A stretch of 62,860 nt of DNA, the filler included, from a bacterium (GTDB lineage Bacteria; UBP18; UBA7526): the NCBI GenBank assembly GCA_030615855.1. It is 5 parts of 5 records of this genome, joined end to end, with 100 filler letters (N's around TTAATTAATTAA, not from the genome) between each part and the next. Parts side by side here need not be neighbours in the genome. Positions count along the whole stretch, not along the records: positions 27,647 to 52,858 come from JAUWYL010000020.1; 4 more parts are not named here. The stretch is one strand, 5' to 3'. The notes under the pieces were generated by a model. It was not told where the DNA came from. It ran no database searches and saw only the letters and a program-made list of their open reading frames with translations. Both the position numbers and the translations under genes were made by a program. Shown here piece after piece: positions 39,472 to 50,433 of this stretch. The first letter of the stretch is position 1. Each line of letters opens with the position of its first letter.

Positions 39472-40728
39472 TTAGGTTCCTAACTCCCAGGATTTGAGGT
39501 ATATCTCTTGTGCTTTTGTCAGTCTATCTACCCTTATTCCTAAGGATCTGAGCTTCAACCTGGCGATCCTTTCGTCTATCTGGGAAGGAACGGGGTATAC
39601 CCTCTTCTCCAATCCTCCCTTCATCTTTGATAGATAGGCAGCAGATAAAGCCTGATTGGCAAAAGACATATCCATTACCGTAGGAGGATGTCCCTCAGCA
39701 CAGGCCAAATTCACCAGCCTTCCCTCTCCTAAGAGGTTGATTCGCTTCCCATTGGGAAGGAGATATTGGTCGATTAGACCCCTCATCCTTTTCTTTTTCT
39801 TGGCCACCCTTTTTAAAGCCGGGATATTGATCTCAACATTGAAGTGGCCGGCATTGGCAACAATCGCCCCGTCCTTCATTACCCTGAAGTGTCTCTTATC
39901 AATGAGGTTTATGTCCCCGCTTGCGGTGATAAAGATATCCCCTATCCCTGCCGCTTCAATCAGGGGCATCACCTGATAGCCATCCATACTTGCCTCCAGG
40001 GCCTTTAAGGGATCGACCTCAGTGATGATGACTTTTGCTCCCATACCTCTGGCTCTCATAGCGATTCCCCTTCCACACCAGCCATAGCCACAGACCACAA
40101 AGTTACTCCCCGCCAGAAGCCTATTCGTTGCCCGTAAGATACCATCTATGGTTGACTGTCCCGTCCCATACCTATTATCAAAGAAGCGCTTCGTCCGGGC
40201 ATCGTTTACGGCAATGATGGGATATCTCAATATTCCCCTATCTGCCATGCTCTTTAATCTTATCACCCCGGTAGTGGTCTCCTCCGTTCCTCCGATAATA
40301 CCACGGTGAACGGTGAACGGTGAACGGTGAACGGTAGCAACGAGATCAGCTCCGTCATCCATAGTAATCTGAGGTTTGATATTTAGAACACTTCTAATAT
40401 GCTGATAATAGGTTCTATTATCCTCTCCGTGAATGGCAAAGACGCTGATCCTGTCGTGTTTTACTAAGGAGGCCGCCACATCATCCTGGGTAGAGAGGGG
40501 ATTGGAGGCACAGAGATAAGGGGTTGCTCCTCCGGCCTTCAGGGTCTGCATCAGGATAGCGGTCTCACTCGTCACATGGAGGCAGGCAGCGATTTGTAGG
40601 CCTTTGAAGGGCTTTTTCTTTATAAACTCTTTCTTAATGAGTCGTAAAACAGGCATCTCCCCGGCTGCCCATTCAATACGCTTCTTTCCTTTCTCTGCTA
40701 ATTTAATCTTCTTAATATGGTATTTCAT
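39472..40728 (-). CDS. ahcY: Adenosylhomocysteinase
   Basis: [31 protein letters not shown] and [13 protein letters not shown]. Confidence 0.97.
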   Translation of the reverse strand: MKYHIKKIKLAEKGKKRIEWAAGEMPVLRLIKKEFIKKKPFKGLQIAACLHVTSETAILMQTLKAGGATPYLCASNPLSTQDDVAASLVKHDRISVFAIHGEDNRTYYQHIRSVLNIKPQITMDDGADLVATVHRSPFTVHRGIIGGTEETTTGVIRLKSMADRGILRYPIIAVNDARTKRFFDNRYGTGQSTIDGILRATNRLLAGSNFVVCGYGWCGRGIAMRARGMGAKVIITEVDPLKALEASMDGYQVMPLIEAAGIGDIFITASGDINLIDKRHFRVMKDGAIVANAGHFNVEINIPALKRVAKKKKRMRGLIDQYLLPNGKRINLLGEGRLVNLACAEGHPPTVMDMSFANQALSAAYLSKMKGGLEKRVYPVPSQIDERIARLKLRSLGIRVDRLTKAQEIYLKSWELGT

Positions 40729-41651
40729 TCTATGACCTCCCCGTTTAGATCCTCAAAATGGGTCATCCTCTTGAACGCCCGATATCTTTCGATAATCTCT
40801 TTATTCTTTAACCTCTCAAGTCTCTCTATGCTGAAATCTTCCACATTATAGGAGGCCATGACGCTCCCAAAGACCATGGCCCTCCTCATGTTGTCCTCAC
40901 TTAAGTCATTTGTATAGGCTAGGAATCCTAAAAAACCACCGGCAAAGGCGTCACCTGCGCCGGTGGGATCGTTAATATCCTCTAAGGGGTATCCCGGGGC
41001 AGCGAAGTGAGAATTCTCGCTCCACATCAGGGCCCCATGCTCTCCCTTCTTTATGATTACTGTCTCTGGGCCCATCTTCAGTATCCTGCGCGAGGCCTTG
41101 AATAGGCTGTGCTCTCCAGTCAACTCCCTAACCTCTGAGTCGTTCAAGAGAAGGATATCGACCTCTTTCAGGGTAAGAAGCAGTTCCTTTCTCTTCTTCT
41201 CAATCCAGTAGTTCATGGTATCGCAGAGAACGAGCTTGGGTCTCTTGACCTGTCTTAAAACAGAGAGCTGTAATTGGGGATCGATATTGGCTAAGAAGAT
41301 ATACTCTATTCTCTTATACTCTTTTGGTATCTTGGGGTGAAAGGTGCGAAAGACATTCAACTCGGTCTTCTGGGTATGGGCCTGATTCAGATCGTACTCG
41401 TAGTAGCCCTTCCACCGGAAGGTCTTGCCCTTCTTTATCTTCAGTCCCTTGGTATCGATCCCCTTTCTCCTGAAGAGACCCAGATGCTTTTTAGGGAAGT
41501 CGCTTCCCACAACTGCCACCAGGCTCACCTGGGTATAGTGATGAGCACTCAGGGCAAAATAGGTGGCACTTCCTCCTAGGACTTCTTTTACTTCTCCAAA
41601 GGGGGTCTTCACAGTATCCAAGGCAACAGAACCTACTACCAGAACGCTCAT
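40725..41651 (-). CDS. PfkB family carbohydrate/nucleoside kinase
   Basis: VGSVALD, LGGSATY and [12 protein letters not shown]. Confidence 0.93.
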   Translation of the reverse strand: MSVLVVGSVALDTVKTPFGEVKEVLGGSATYFALSAHHYTQVSLVAVVGSDFPKKHLGLFRRKGIDTKGLKIKKGKTFRWKGYYEYDLNQAHTQKTELNVFRTFHPKIPKEYKRIEYIFLANIDPQLQLSVLRQVKRPKLVLCDTMNYWIEKKRKELLLTLKEVDILLLNDSEVRELTGEHSLFKASRRILKMGPETVIIKKGEHGALMWSENSHFAAPGYPLEDINDPTGAGDAFAGGFLGFLAYTNDLSEDNMRRAMVFGSVMASYNVEDFSIERLERLKNKEIIERYRAFKRMTHFEDLNGEVIE

Positions 41652-42859
41652 TATAGTCCGGCTTCTTTGCGCAATATTTCTGCTTTATCCCTCTTCTCCC
41701 AGGTGAAGCTCTCTTCTTCCCTTCCGAAGTGGCCATAGCAGGCGGTTTTTCTATAGACGGGTTGCCAGAGGTCGAGTTCCTTAATGATCCCCTCTGGGGT
41801 CAGTGAGAAGTGTTTCTTCACTAACTCCACGATCCTTTTCTCATTAATCCTTCCCGTACCATAGGTATCGACCATGATCGAGACCGGGTCCTTGACCCCA
41901 ATGGCATAGGCCAGTTGAACGCAACACTCATCCGCTATCCCAGCAGCCACCAAGTTCTTGGCAATATATCTCGCCATATAAGAAGCGGATCTATCTACCT
42001 TGGTAGGGTCCTTCCCACTGAAGGCCCCTCCCCCATGCAAGGCCCTCCCTCCATAGGTATCGACAATGATCTTCCTTCCCGTCATGCCGGTATCGGACTT
42101 TGGCCCGCCAGTGATGAATTTCCCGGTGGGGTTAACCAAATACTTCGTCTTTTTATCTAAGAACCTTTCCGGGATGACCTCCTTTATTACTAAATCGATC
42201 AGCTCCTCCCTCGCTTTATCCGTTATGTGGGTCTTCTTGGCATCCAGGATCTTCTCTGTATGCTGGGTGGAGAGAACGATAGCATCCACGCGAACCGGCT
42301 TACCATCCTGATATTCTACAGTGACCTGGCTCTTTCCATCCGGACCGAGATAGTCCAAGATCCCTTCTTTTCTCACCTGGGCCAACCTCCTAGTTAATCC
42401 ATGGGCGAGCATAATGGGCAGGGGCATGAGCTCCTTGGTCTCTTTGCAGGCGTAGCCGATCATACTACCCTGATCCCCGGCTCCTCCCGTATCCACCCCC
42501 AGGGCGATATCCGGGGACTGTTTTCCAATGGCATTCAATATGGCGCAGGTCTCATGCTCAAAGCCGAACTCTGGTCGGGTATAGCCGATCTCTTTAATCA
42601 GACCGCGCACCAGAATAGGGAGATCGACATAGCATCCGGTGGTGATCTCCCCTCCCACCACAACCAATCCCACAGTGACGAATGTCTCACAGGCCACCCG
42701 GCTTCCCCTCTTTCCCCCTTTTTTCTTTCTATAGGGAGGAAGGTGGTTTTTCAGGTCATCTCTTAAGACCTTATCCAGAACAGCGTCCGAGATCTGATCG
42801 CAGATCTTATCTGGATGACCCTCGGTCACACTCTCCGAAGTAAATAGATGTCTCTTCAT
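41651..42859 (-). CDS. metK: S-adenosylmethionine synthetase
   Basis: [19 protein letters not shown] and [15 protein letters not shown]. Confidence 0.98.
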   Translation of the reverse strand: MKRHLFTSESVTEGHPDKICDQISDAVLDKVLRDDLKNHLPPYRKKKGGKRGSRVACETFVTVGLVVVGGEITTGCYVDLPILVRGLIKEIGYTRPEFGFEHETCAILNAIGKQSPDIALGVDTGGAGDQGSMIGYACKETKELMPLPIMLAHGLTRRLAQVRKEGILDYLGPDGKSQVTVEYQDGKPVRVDAIVLSTQHTEKILDAKKTHITDKAREELIDLVIKEVIPERFLDKKTKYLVNPTGKFITGGPKSDTGMTGRKIIVDTYGGRALHGGGAFSGKDPTKVDRSASYMARYIAKNLVAAGIADECCVQLAYAIGVKDPVSIMVDTYGTGRINEKRIVELVKKHFSLTPEGIIKELDLWQPVYRKTACYGHFGREEESFTWEKRDKAEILRKEAGL

Positions 42860-42861
42860 TC

Positions 42862-43602
42862 CTACACCTCTTTTCTGTAATCTAAATCTGCTTCTTTTAA
42901 GGATTCCAGGCTTCCGATATCATACCACTTCTCTTTGAAGACAAAACCGTAGACCTCTTCCCTCTTGGCCAACCATTGGATATAGAAACCAGGAGCATCC
43001 TTTCTCCTTTCTTCTTCTAGATATTTATTGATGGATGGGAGGTCCTCTTTGGGGAAGAGATAGAGGCAGGTAGCGATGAGAGTAGAGGTAGGATGGGAAG
43101 GCTTCTCCTCAAATTTGACGATTCTCTGATTCTCATCTACCGTTACCACCCCATAATTCCTGGCCTTCTCTTTATCTCTGATATCATAAAGAGCGATACA
43201 GGGGGCCTTCTTCTTTTCAAAGGATTTAATAAACCTTGAGAGGTCGAATTGGAAGAGGTTATCTCCAGCAACGATTAGAAGGTCATCATCGATCTTCTCT
43301 TCCTCCAGAAAAAATCTAATATCCCCAATGGCTCCCAGTTTATCATCATCACATGTTGAACCATCGTTTAGGGTCTTTACTCTCTTCTTCATTTGGAAGT
43401 TGGCAAACCAGTTCTGGAAGTCCAGGATGAACTTCTGGTTGGTTACCAGATAGATAGCATCGATCTCTTCTACTCTTTCCAGTTTCCCCATAATGTATTC
43501 TAAGATGGGCTTGCCTGCGATGGGCAGAAGGGGCTTTGGTCTATCCTTAGTCAGAGGATAGAGCCTGGTAGCATAACCTGCAGCCAGGATAAGGGCTTTC
43601 AT
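42862..43602 (-). CDS. Sugar-phosphate nucleotidyltransferase
   Basis: [23 protein letters not shown] and WYDIG. Confidence 0.9.
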   Translation of the reverse strand: MKALILAAGYATRLYPLTKDRPKPLLPIAGKPILEYIMGKLERVEEIDAIYLVTNQKFILDFQNWFANFQMKKRVKTLNDGSTCDDDKLGAIGDIRFFLEEEKIDDDLLIVAGDNLFQFDLSRFIKSFEKKKAPCIALYDIRDKEKARNYGVVTVDENQRIVKFEEKPSHPTSTLIATCLYLFPKEDLPSINKYLEEERRKDAPGFYIQWLAKREEVYGFVFKEKWYDIGSLESLKEADLDYRKEV

Positions 43603-44654
43603 CCCTTGGCCAGCTCTTTCTTGAAATAGTCGATAGCCTCAACTGGGGTGGGGTCTATTCTGTTGAGGATAGCGAGGTAATAACTCACCCAATCCCCGAG
43701 ATAGATGAGAGAGAAGAGGCGGGCGAGAAGGCTTTTTCCTTGAGAATAGAGGAAGTCCAGGCCATGTGCCTTTCTCCTGATAATCTTAGAAGTAATCTCT
43801 ATCCTCTTCTTTATTCTGGGAGAATCATACCTATCCCGCAGGATGATGAGATAGCACCTCTTAAGGATTTCTGGCAGACATTTCCAGCCAACAATCTCAT
43901 TGTGGCTTAATTCGGGGAAGGTATTGGAGAAGGCTAAGACCTTGCTATTCTCAGATAGCTGTCCCTTCCAGCGCAGACCAACCGGGGAGAGGATGGGAGA
44001 GGTATAGATTAGAGGGAGATTCTTATGTAATTTAAGGGCTATTCTCTTCGCCTGATTGGAACCCACTTTTGATGAGAGAGAAAACTTTCTTTTCAAATCC
44101 TTGAGCAACCGAAGGGTCTCCTGGCATTCCCGCTTCTTACTTTTAACTAGTCCCAGGCGCTCTAAGCTGATAAGTAAGGAGAAGAAGAGATAGCCTAAAG
44201 AGGCCCGGGGAGGAAGCCCAGAGGGTATAGAGACTACCGGAACCCCGTCTCTCTTGGCTAATCTGCCCAATCTTCCTCCGGTAGTGATGGCTATCATCTT
44301 CGCCTTCTTCTTTGCTGCCTCTCGATAGGCAGAGAGGGTTTCTTCTGTATTCCCCGAGTAACTGACAGAGGAGACCAGGGTTTTAGAGTCGACGAACTCT
44401 GGAAGGGAGTAATTCTTGTTGATCACCAAGGGGATTCTTAACTCTGGTTCTATCACGCTCTTCAATATCTCTCCCCCAATACCTGAGCCACCCATTCCAC
44501 AGACCAGAATCTTGTCAATCTTCTTGTATGAAGGAAGAGAAGATTGAAGGGCTATCTCAATTGCTCGGGAGCATTGATCAGGAAAATCAGCCAAAAGATA
44601 GGCCATATCTTTCTTATCATACTTCTCAAGATCTTTTAGGTTATCAAGGTTCAT
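43599..44654 (-). CDS. Bifunctional phosphoglucose/phosphomannose isomerase
   Basis: CGMGGSGIGG, SYSGNTEET, ENSK, PELSHNEI and DPTPV. Confidence 0.93.
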   Translation of the reverse strand: MNLDNLKDLEKYDKKDMAYLLADFPDQCSRAIEIALQSSLPSYKKIDKILVCGMGGSGIGGEILKSVIEPELRIPLVINKNYSLPEFVDSKTLVSSVSYSGNTEETLSAYREAAKKKAKMIAITTGGRLGRLAKRDGVPVVSIPSGLPPRASLGYLFFSLLISLERLGLVKSKKRECQETLRLLKDLKRKFSLSSKVGSNQAKRIALKLHKNLPLIYTSPILSPVGLRWKGQLSENSKVLAFSNTFPELSHNEIVGWKCLPEILKRCYLIILRDRYDSPRIKKRIEITSKIIRRKAHGLDFLYSQGKSLLARLFSLIYLGDWVSYYLAILNRIDPTPVEAIDYFKKELAKG

Positions 44655-44754
44655 CCCGCCCCTCCTTCTCTAAAATTATCAATGTATTTTTCCTATTTTT
44701 CATGTATTCTCACTTTTCCCATTAAACTAAATCGTATCGAGGGGCGGGATTCAT
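44650..44754. mobile_element. TIR element at the ptsI / pgi-pmi junction
   Basis: ttcatcccgcccctc...gaggggcgggattcat. Confidence 0.7.
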
Positions 44755-44757
44755 CAT

Positions 44758-46503
44758 TTAAGTTACCGCTTCCGGCAAGATCTTCCTTGCCTTCTCTTTA
44801 AGGAGGGCTTCGATCTCTTGGGCAGTAGAAAGATTCAGAGCCTTTCTGGAGAGTTCTTCTGCCTCCTTTAGAGTGAGAGAGCGAACGACTTCTTTCACTT
44901 CAGGAATGACAATGGGGCTCATGCTTAATTCATCCAAACCTAGACCCAATAGGAGAGGAGTAAAGAGGGACTCTCCGGCCATCTCCCCACACATCCCCAC
45001 CCAAATCCCTGCCTTATGTGCCCCATCAATGATTCTCTTCAAGAGGTGCAGTACCGCAGGATGTAGGGGCTGATAGAGATAGGCGATGTTCTCATTCACC
45101 CTATCGATGGCTAAGGCGTACTGAATGAGATCGTTGGTTCCAATAGAAAAGAAGTCCACCTCTTTAGCAATGGATTCACAGGTGAGGGCCGCAGAGGGAA
45201 TCTCGATCATGGCTCCTACTTCTAAGTTTTTGTTAAAGGGAATTCCTTTCTTCTTAAGTTCTTCTTTAACTTCGCTCAATATCTGATTTGCTTTCTTCAC
45301 CTCCTCAACCCCGGAGATCATGGGATACATGACTTTTAAATCCCCATAGGGGCTGGCCCTTAGTATGGCCCGTAATTGATCCTTGAAGAGAGGGATATCT
45401 GCCAGGCAGAGCCTGATGGCCCTTAGGCCCAAGAAAGGGTTCATCTCTGGGGCGAGGTTGAGGTAGGATAAAAACTTATCTCCTCCCAGATCTAGGGTCC
45501 TGATGATTACTGGATGGGGAGAAAGCTTCTGGGCCACTTCCCTATAGGCCTTAAACTGCTCATCGATAGAGGGGAGATCATCCCTTCCCAGATGAAGAAA
45601 TTCTGTACGATATAGCCCGATCCCCTCTCCCCCGTGCTCCTTGACATATTTAATCTCATCCGGAACCTCAATATTTGCTGCTAAGATTATCCTATGGCCA
45701 TCGAGCGTTTGGGCCGGAAGGTCCTTTAACTTAACTAACTCATGCTCGAAGACCTCAAAGGACTCCTTATCTTTCCTATATCTCTTTAGAGTCTTTTTAT
45801 CTGGGGTTATAATCACCAACCCATGACTGCCATCCACAATCAGGGTATCAAGCGCCTGGGCTTCTTGAGTGATATTCTTCAATCCCACTACGGCCGGGAT
45901 CTCCAGAGCCCGGGCCATGATTGCCGTATGGGAGGTCTTGGTTCCCATATCTGTGGCAAATCCGATCACCTTCTCCTTGTGCATGGATACCGTATCAGAA
46001 GGGGAGAGGTCGTGGGCTACGACGATGACCTCTTCCTTCAGGGTGGCCAGAGTCTCCCTCTCCTTGCCCAGAAGGTTCCTCAATATCCTCCTTTCCACAT
46101 CCTTAATATCTACTGCCCTTCCTTTTAGGTAGGAGTCTTCCATGCTGCTGAAGGTCTCTCGGAAAGTCTCCAGGACCTGGGAAAGGATATACTCCACATT
46201 GATCAATTCCTCTTTCACCCCCTGAGTGACCTTCTTTATTAAATAGGGGTCTTTCAGGATCAAGAGGTGGGCATCAAAGATATAGGCCTCCTCCTTTCCC
46301 AATCTTTTAGCGACCTGGGCCCTTATCTCTTTGATCTCTTCCTCTGTTTTGGCCAGGGCTTCCTGGAAGCGTGAGATATTCTTAGAGACCATGTCTTTCC
46401 TGATGGGTCTCTTCTTTATCTCGAACTCCTCCTTATCCAGGAAGAAGACCTTTCCCACCATTACTCCGGGAGAAGCAGGAATCCCCTTCAACTCCTTCAT
46501 CAT
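44758..46503 (-). CDS. ptsI: PTS enzyme I
   Basis: TSHTAIMAR, IGLYRTEF, RTLDLGGDK, SIGTNDL and GMCGEMAG. Confidence 0.97.
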   Translation of the reverse strand: MMKELKGIPASPGVMVGKVFFLDKEEFEIKKRPIRKDMVSKNISRFQEALAKTEEEIKEIRAQVAKRLGKEEAYIFDAHLLILKDPYLIKKVTQGVKEELINVEYILSQVLETFRETFSSMEDSYLKGRAVDIKDVERRILRNLLGKERETLATLKEEVIVVAHDLSPSDTVSMHKEKVIGFATDMGTKTSHTAIMARALEIPAVVGLKNITQEAQALDTLIVDGSHGLVIITPDKKTLKRYRKDKESFEVFEHELVKLKDLPAQTLDGHRIILAANIEVPDEIKYVKEHGGEGIGLYRTEFLHLGRDDLPSIDEQFKAYREVAQKLSPHPVIIRTLDLGGDKFLSYLNLAPEMNPFLGLRAIRLCLADIPLFKDQLRAILRASPYGDLKVMYPMISGVEEVKKANQILSEVKEELKKKGIPFNKNLEVGAMIEIPSAALTCESIAKEVDFFSIGTNDLIQYALAIDRVNENIAYLYQPLHPAVLHLLKRIIDGAHKAGIWVGMCGEMAGESLFTPLLLGLGLDELSMSPIVIPEVKEVVRSLTLKEAEELSRKALNLSTAQEIEALLKEKARKILPEAVT

Positions 46504-46766
46504 TCCTCTCCAAATTTATCCAAGACTAACTCCTCTAACTTCCTGATGGCCTCTTCCTCATCACTGCCCTCTACCTTTATTTTTATTCTGGTTCCCTTCC
46601 CAGCAGCAAGCATCATGATCCCCATGATGGATTTACCATCTACCTCCTGGCCCTCCTTAGCCACTTTTATTTGGGAGGCGAACTTATTGGCCGTCTGAAC
46701 AAATAGCGCCGCCGGCCGGGCATGGAGGCCGGCCTTATTCTCTATGACCAATTCTTTCTCCTGCAT
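46500..46766 (-). CDS. ptsH: Phosphocarrier HPr
   Basis: GLHARPAA, GKSIMG. Confidence 0.96.
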   Translation of the reverse strand: MQEKELVIENKAGLHARPAALFVQTANKFASQIKVAKEGQEVDGKSIMGIMMLAAGKGTRIKIKVEGSDEEEAIRKLEELVLDKFGEE

Positions 46767-46832
46767 ATCCCTCCTTTAAAATTTCTAAGTCAAAGAACTT
46801 TGTCTCGCTCCGCTCGCCAAAGGTTCCGGTAC

Positions 46833-47375
46833 CTAATACCAGAACTCTGGCTCGATGAGGCCGTAGTTTCCATCCTTCCTCCGATAGACAATGTTGACCT
46901 GCTCTGTAGTGGGATTGAAAAAGACAAAGAAATTATAACCCAATAGCTCCATCTGCTCTGCGGCTTCTGATGGGGTCATGGGCTTTATGGCGAATCTCTT
47001 GCTCGCTATGATCTCGTGTTTCTCCTTCTTCATCTCAAGAGGAGTAATAACCTTCATCTTTGCCCCAAAGTGCTTCGGCTTATGCCTTCCCTTATGGCTT
47101 ATTCTCTCCTTATGCCTCTTGACCTGTCTGGTTATCTTAGCCATCGCTCCATCCAGGGAGGCGTACATATCGGGTGAGGTCTGGACGGCCTTAAAGGTGA
47201 GGTCATCCCCGTAGATGACCACCTCCGCCCTCTGACGCTCTTTGGTGACGGTGGTCGTGACATGGGCGCTCACCATGTTTTCAAAGTACTTCAAAATATC
47301 TCTCATCTTCTCCTGAATATAGTTTCGCAGGGGGGGAGTTATTCTCATTCCCCGTCCAGTAATGGTTAAATTCAT
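46833..47375 (-). CDS. hpf: Ribosome hibernation factor (long HPF)
   Basis: ITGR...ITPPLR.Y, DMYASLD, KPMT..EA..QM and VYRRKDGNYGLIEP. Confidence 0.93.
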   Translation of the reverse strand: MNLTITGRGMRITPPLRNYIQEKMRDILKYFENMVSAHVTTTVTKERQRAEVVIYGDDLTFKAVQTSPDMYASLDGAMAKITRQVKRHKERISHKGRHKPKHFGAKMKVITPLEMKKEKHEIIASKRFAIKPMTPSEAAEQMELLGYNFFVFFNPTTEQVNIVYRRKDGNYGLIEPEFWY

Positions 47376-47401
47376 TTTAACCTCCCCATAGTCTCCTTAT
47401 C

Positions 47402-47477
47402 GTTTACCAGTTGACCAGTTAACCAGTTTAAAACCAGCAAACCAGCGAACTGGCAAACAGGCAAACCGGCTAACAGG
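47402..47477. repeat. Inverted octamer array (accagtt)/(ggcaaac)
   Basis: 8-nt periodicity between lptB and hpf. Confidence 0.75.
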
Positions 47478-47483
47478 AAAACT

Positions 47484-48209
47484 TCACTCTAAGGTAAACT
47501 TCTCGCCAAGATAGATTTCTCTGGCCTCTTTACTATTCGCCAGTTCCTGAGAGGTACCAGAGATTAGAATTTCCCCTTCATACATAATATATGCTCGATC
47601 GGTGATGGCCAATGTTTCTCGCACGCTATGATCGGTAATCAAAACCCCGATCCCCTTCTTCTTGAGTTGAAAGATGATCTCCTGGATATCAGCAATGGCA
47701 ATGGGATCGATACCAGTAAAGGGCTCGTCCAGTAAAATGAAGGAAGGGGTAGTAACCAGAACTCTGGTGATCTCCACCCTTCTCCTCTCTCCGCCAGAGA
47801 GGGTATAGGCCTTGTTCTTGGCAAGGGGGGAGAGATTGAGTTCTGCCAAGAGCTCCTTCAGCCTCTTCCCCTTCTCTTCCTCTGTCAGATCCAGGGTCTC
47901 CAGGATGGCCAGGATATTTTCCTCAACAGTGAGCTTTCTGAAGATGGAGGGCTCCTGGGCAAGGTAACCGATCCCCTTTCTCGCCCTCTTATACATGGGG
48001 AGTCTGCTAAGATCGAAGTCGTCGATGAGTATCTGCCCCCGATTTGGCTTGACCAATCCCACGATCATATAGAAGGTGGTGGTCTTTCCTGCTCCATTGG
48101 GACCCAGAAGGCCAACGATCTCTCCCTCCCTTACCTCTAAGTTAACATCGTTTACCACTCTCCTTCTCTTGTAGCTTTTGACCAGGCCCTGGATCTTTAG
48201 GGTCTTCAC
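47484..48209 (-). CDS. lptB: LPS export ATPase LptB
   Basis: [24 protein letters not shown] and [11 protein letters not shown] start. Confidence 0.96.
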   Translation of the reverse strand: MKTLKIQGLVKSYKRRRVVNDVNLEVREGEIVGLLGPNGAGKTTTFYMIVGLVKPNRGQILIDDFDLSRLPMYKRARKGIGYLAQEPSIFRKLTVEENILAILETLDLTEEEKGKRLKELLAELNLSPLAKNKAYTLSGGERRRVEITRVLVTTPSFILLDEPFTGIDPIAIADIQEIIFQLKKKGIGVLITDHSVRETLAITDRAYIMYEGEILISGTSQELANSKEAREIYLGEKFTLE

Positions 48210-48366
48210 CCCACCCCTCCTTTTGTATTCAAAACAGCAACCACGGATTTCACAGATTTCCACGGATTAGTATTCTTTTTAAAAATCTGTTTAATCCGTC
48301 CAATCCGTGGTTTTATTAAAGTCTTCGAAGCTACAAGATTATCAATTCCGTGAGGGGCGGGGTTCA
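48205..48366. mobile_element. TIR element at the lptA/lptB junction with a nested array
   Basis: ttcaccccacccctc...gaggggcggggttca; inner (cacggat)/(atccgtg). Confidence 0.7.
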
Positions 48367-49002
48367 TTCCTTCTCCTCTGGGATGAATTTTATTCTTGCT
48401 TTATTCTCAACCACCACCCGGTACTCATCGACATACAGGGTTATTCTCTCCCCAGTGACCAGATTCTCTTTTTCTCTTATCTCAGGATTACCAGTCAAGA
48501 CGGCCTTTCTCTCTTTGTCGAAATAATCGAGGACCTTACAGGTGGCAACCATACCATCCCTTACTAACTTCACCCTTCCTGTGGCCCGCAATCTATCCTC
48601 TGGTAGAAAGGCCTCTATCTTCTTACTGGTCAGGGTAAAGTTTTCCTTCTCGCTGACCAATTTTGGCTTTCCTGTTGCCATTCCGTACCTTCTATCATGG
48701 TAGTATTCTATTCTTTCACCTGTTAAGATCATTTTCTGTTTCTCGTCCTTCATCCAAGCCCGGCCTTGGGCAACGGCCTTATTCTCATCCGGGAAGAGTT
48801 TTAGTTGATCACTTCTTAGAGTAGTGGTCCCCTGAACAGCAACCACATGGCCGGTAAATACTACTACCTCTTTCCCCTTCACCTTAGAATATTCTACCTC
48901 ATCTGAGGTAATATCCAGAGGGGGACCTTTCTTCTCTGTCCCCCAGGAGGGAAGGGCAAAGAGTACGAGGATCAAAGATAGAAAGATTAGTTTACGGTGC
49001 AC
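48364..49002 (-). CDS. lptA: LptA/OstA family protein
   Basis: Signal peptide, ITSD, FTGHV..QG, LTGNP and GERI; operon position. Confidence 0.8.
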   Translation of the reverse strand: MHRKLIFLSLILVLFALPSWGTEKKGPPLDITSDEVEYSKVKGKEVVVFTGHVVAVQGTTTLRSDQLKLFPDENKAVAQGRAWMKDEKQKMILTGERIEYYHDRRYGMATGKPKLVSEKENFTLTSKKIEAFLPEDRLRATGRVKLVRDGMVATCKVLDYFDKERKAVLTGNPEIREKENLVTGERITLYVDEYRVVVENKARIKFIPEEKE

Positions 49003-49543
49003 TTAAGGCCTTCACCTTTACCTTGACATCCCTTTTTATCTTCGCATTCTCCAAGTCAGAATCTATCTCCAGGTCATAACCTGTGGTTACCCTATCTGGC
49101 TCGATAATCTTGACGAACTCTTCAGTGACGAACTTCCCCTTCTTCTCCTTTTCTGTGGGGGATAGGTAGTGAAGCTCTTCTGTCTCCAAACGCGAGCCTT
49201 TTGTCGAGGTCACGATTACATTCCCCGTAGCCTCCATATTATTGGTGGTCATGTCAAGGATTCCCCTCCGGGCAGAAAGGATGGAGGCCAGTTCTCCCTC
49301 TTCATAGATGGAGGTCTTGAAGTCCTGAATATAGGTCTTCTTTATCTTCTCATAGATCTGGGCAGCCTCGGCCTCCAGCTCCCAGGTCTTCACTCCTCCC
49401 TCTGTGGCGATGAGTCTAAAGTCCTCTAACTTCTGCTGGGGGACGGGGATCTCATTTGCCACCCGGGAAAGGGGAGACCTTGAACTACAGCCCCCCAAAA
49501 CAAAGACTAAAATGACAAGCCCCAATAAGATCAGTTTCTTCAT
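48992..49543 (-). CDS. lptC: LptC family protein
   Basis: W.L.A..A, GNV.V, L.TEEL.Y; between kdsC and lptA. Confidence 0.8.
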   Translation of the reverse strand: MKKLILLGLVILVFVLGGCSSRSPLSRVANEIPVPQQKLEDFRLIATEGGVKTWELEAEAAQIYEKIKKTYIQDFKTSIYEEGELASILSARRGILDMTTNNMEATGNVIVTSTKGSRLETEELHYLSPTEKEKKGKFVTEEFVKIIEPDRVTTGYDLEIDSDLENAKIKRDVKVKVKALSAP

Positions 49544-49559
49544 TTTCTAGCGACCAACC

Positions 49560-49844
49560 AATGCCTAATAATTAATAACCAAACTGAGAATCTCCAATTT
49601 CCAATTCCTAATTTCCAATAAAATTTTAAATGTCAAATGCCAAAAAAAGAAATAAGTAGATCAGAGAATCAGAATATCAGTAGGAAGGGTATCAGAAGAC
49701 CAGGGTATCAGGCTTTAAAGAAAGATTTTCTGATGTTCTGATATACTGCATTCAGGGCATCGCGAAGAATTTAGCCAGCTTGTCTGGCGTCTATCCTGAT
49801 ATACTTTTTGAATTGTTAGAAATTGGATATTAGATATTAGAAAT
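49560..49844. repeat. Nested inverted arrays
   Basis: Outer (tttccaa)/(ttagata) heptamers, inner (atcaga)/(ctgat) units. Confidence 0.75.
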
Positions 49845-50357
49845 TTAATAAGTTTTTTTAGCCTTAAGAATTATATCTATCGCTTCTCTCACCGCTCCCC
49901 TTCCTCCAGAAGCCCGAGTAACATAGTGAACGATGTCTTTGATCTCTTTTACTCCATTTGCTGGAGCGAGGGCCAGGCCTGCCTTTCTTAAGGGAGGGAT
50001 GTCCCCTAGATCATCGCCGATATAGGCCACTTCCTCATTCTTTAAACCATATTTCTTTAAGAACTTATGATAAACTTCTATCTTAAGAGAGACCCCCTGA
50101 TAGACTTCGCTTATTTTTAGCTCCTCTGCCCTTCTCTCCACTACTTTAGATTTTCGACCACTGACCAATGCTACGATCAGTCCTTTTTGTAAAGCAAGAT
50201 TGATTCCCTGGCCATCCTGGACATAAAAATTCTTTAATTCCTCTCCCTTGCTCCCTAAAATAATGCGACCATCTGTCAGTACTCCATCAACATCCATAAT
50301 GAGCATCTTTATTCTTCTTGCTCTTTCCCGTATCTTTTGCGATATTTTCTTCTCCAT
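49845..50357 (-). CDS. kdsC: KDO-8-phosphate phosphatase
   Basis: MDVDGVLTDG, YIGDDLGD and GGRGAVRE. Confidence 0.95.
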   Translation of the reverse strand: MEKKISQKIRERARRIKMLIMDVDGVLTDGRIILGSKGEELKNFYVQDGQGINLALQKGLIVALVSGRKSKVVERRAEELKISEVYQGVSLKIEVYHKFLKKYGLKNEEVAYIGDDLGDIPPLRKAGLALAPANGVKEIKDIVHYVTRASGGRGAVREAIDIILKAKKTY

Positions 50358-50433
50358 ATTTTATTCCTAATATTCGCGTAGATTCGCGTTTTGTTTATTG
50401 CGTTTTTGTCTAACAGTTCGCGTTTATTCGCGT

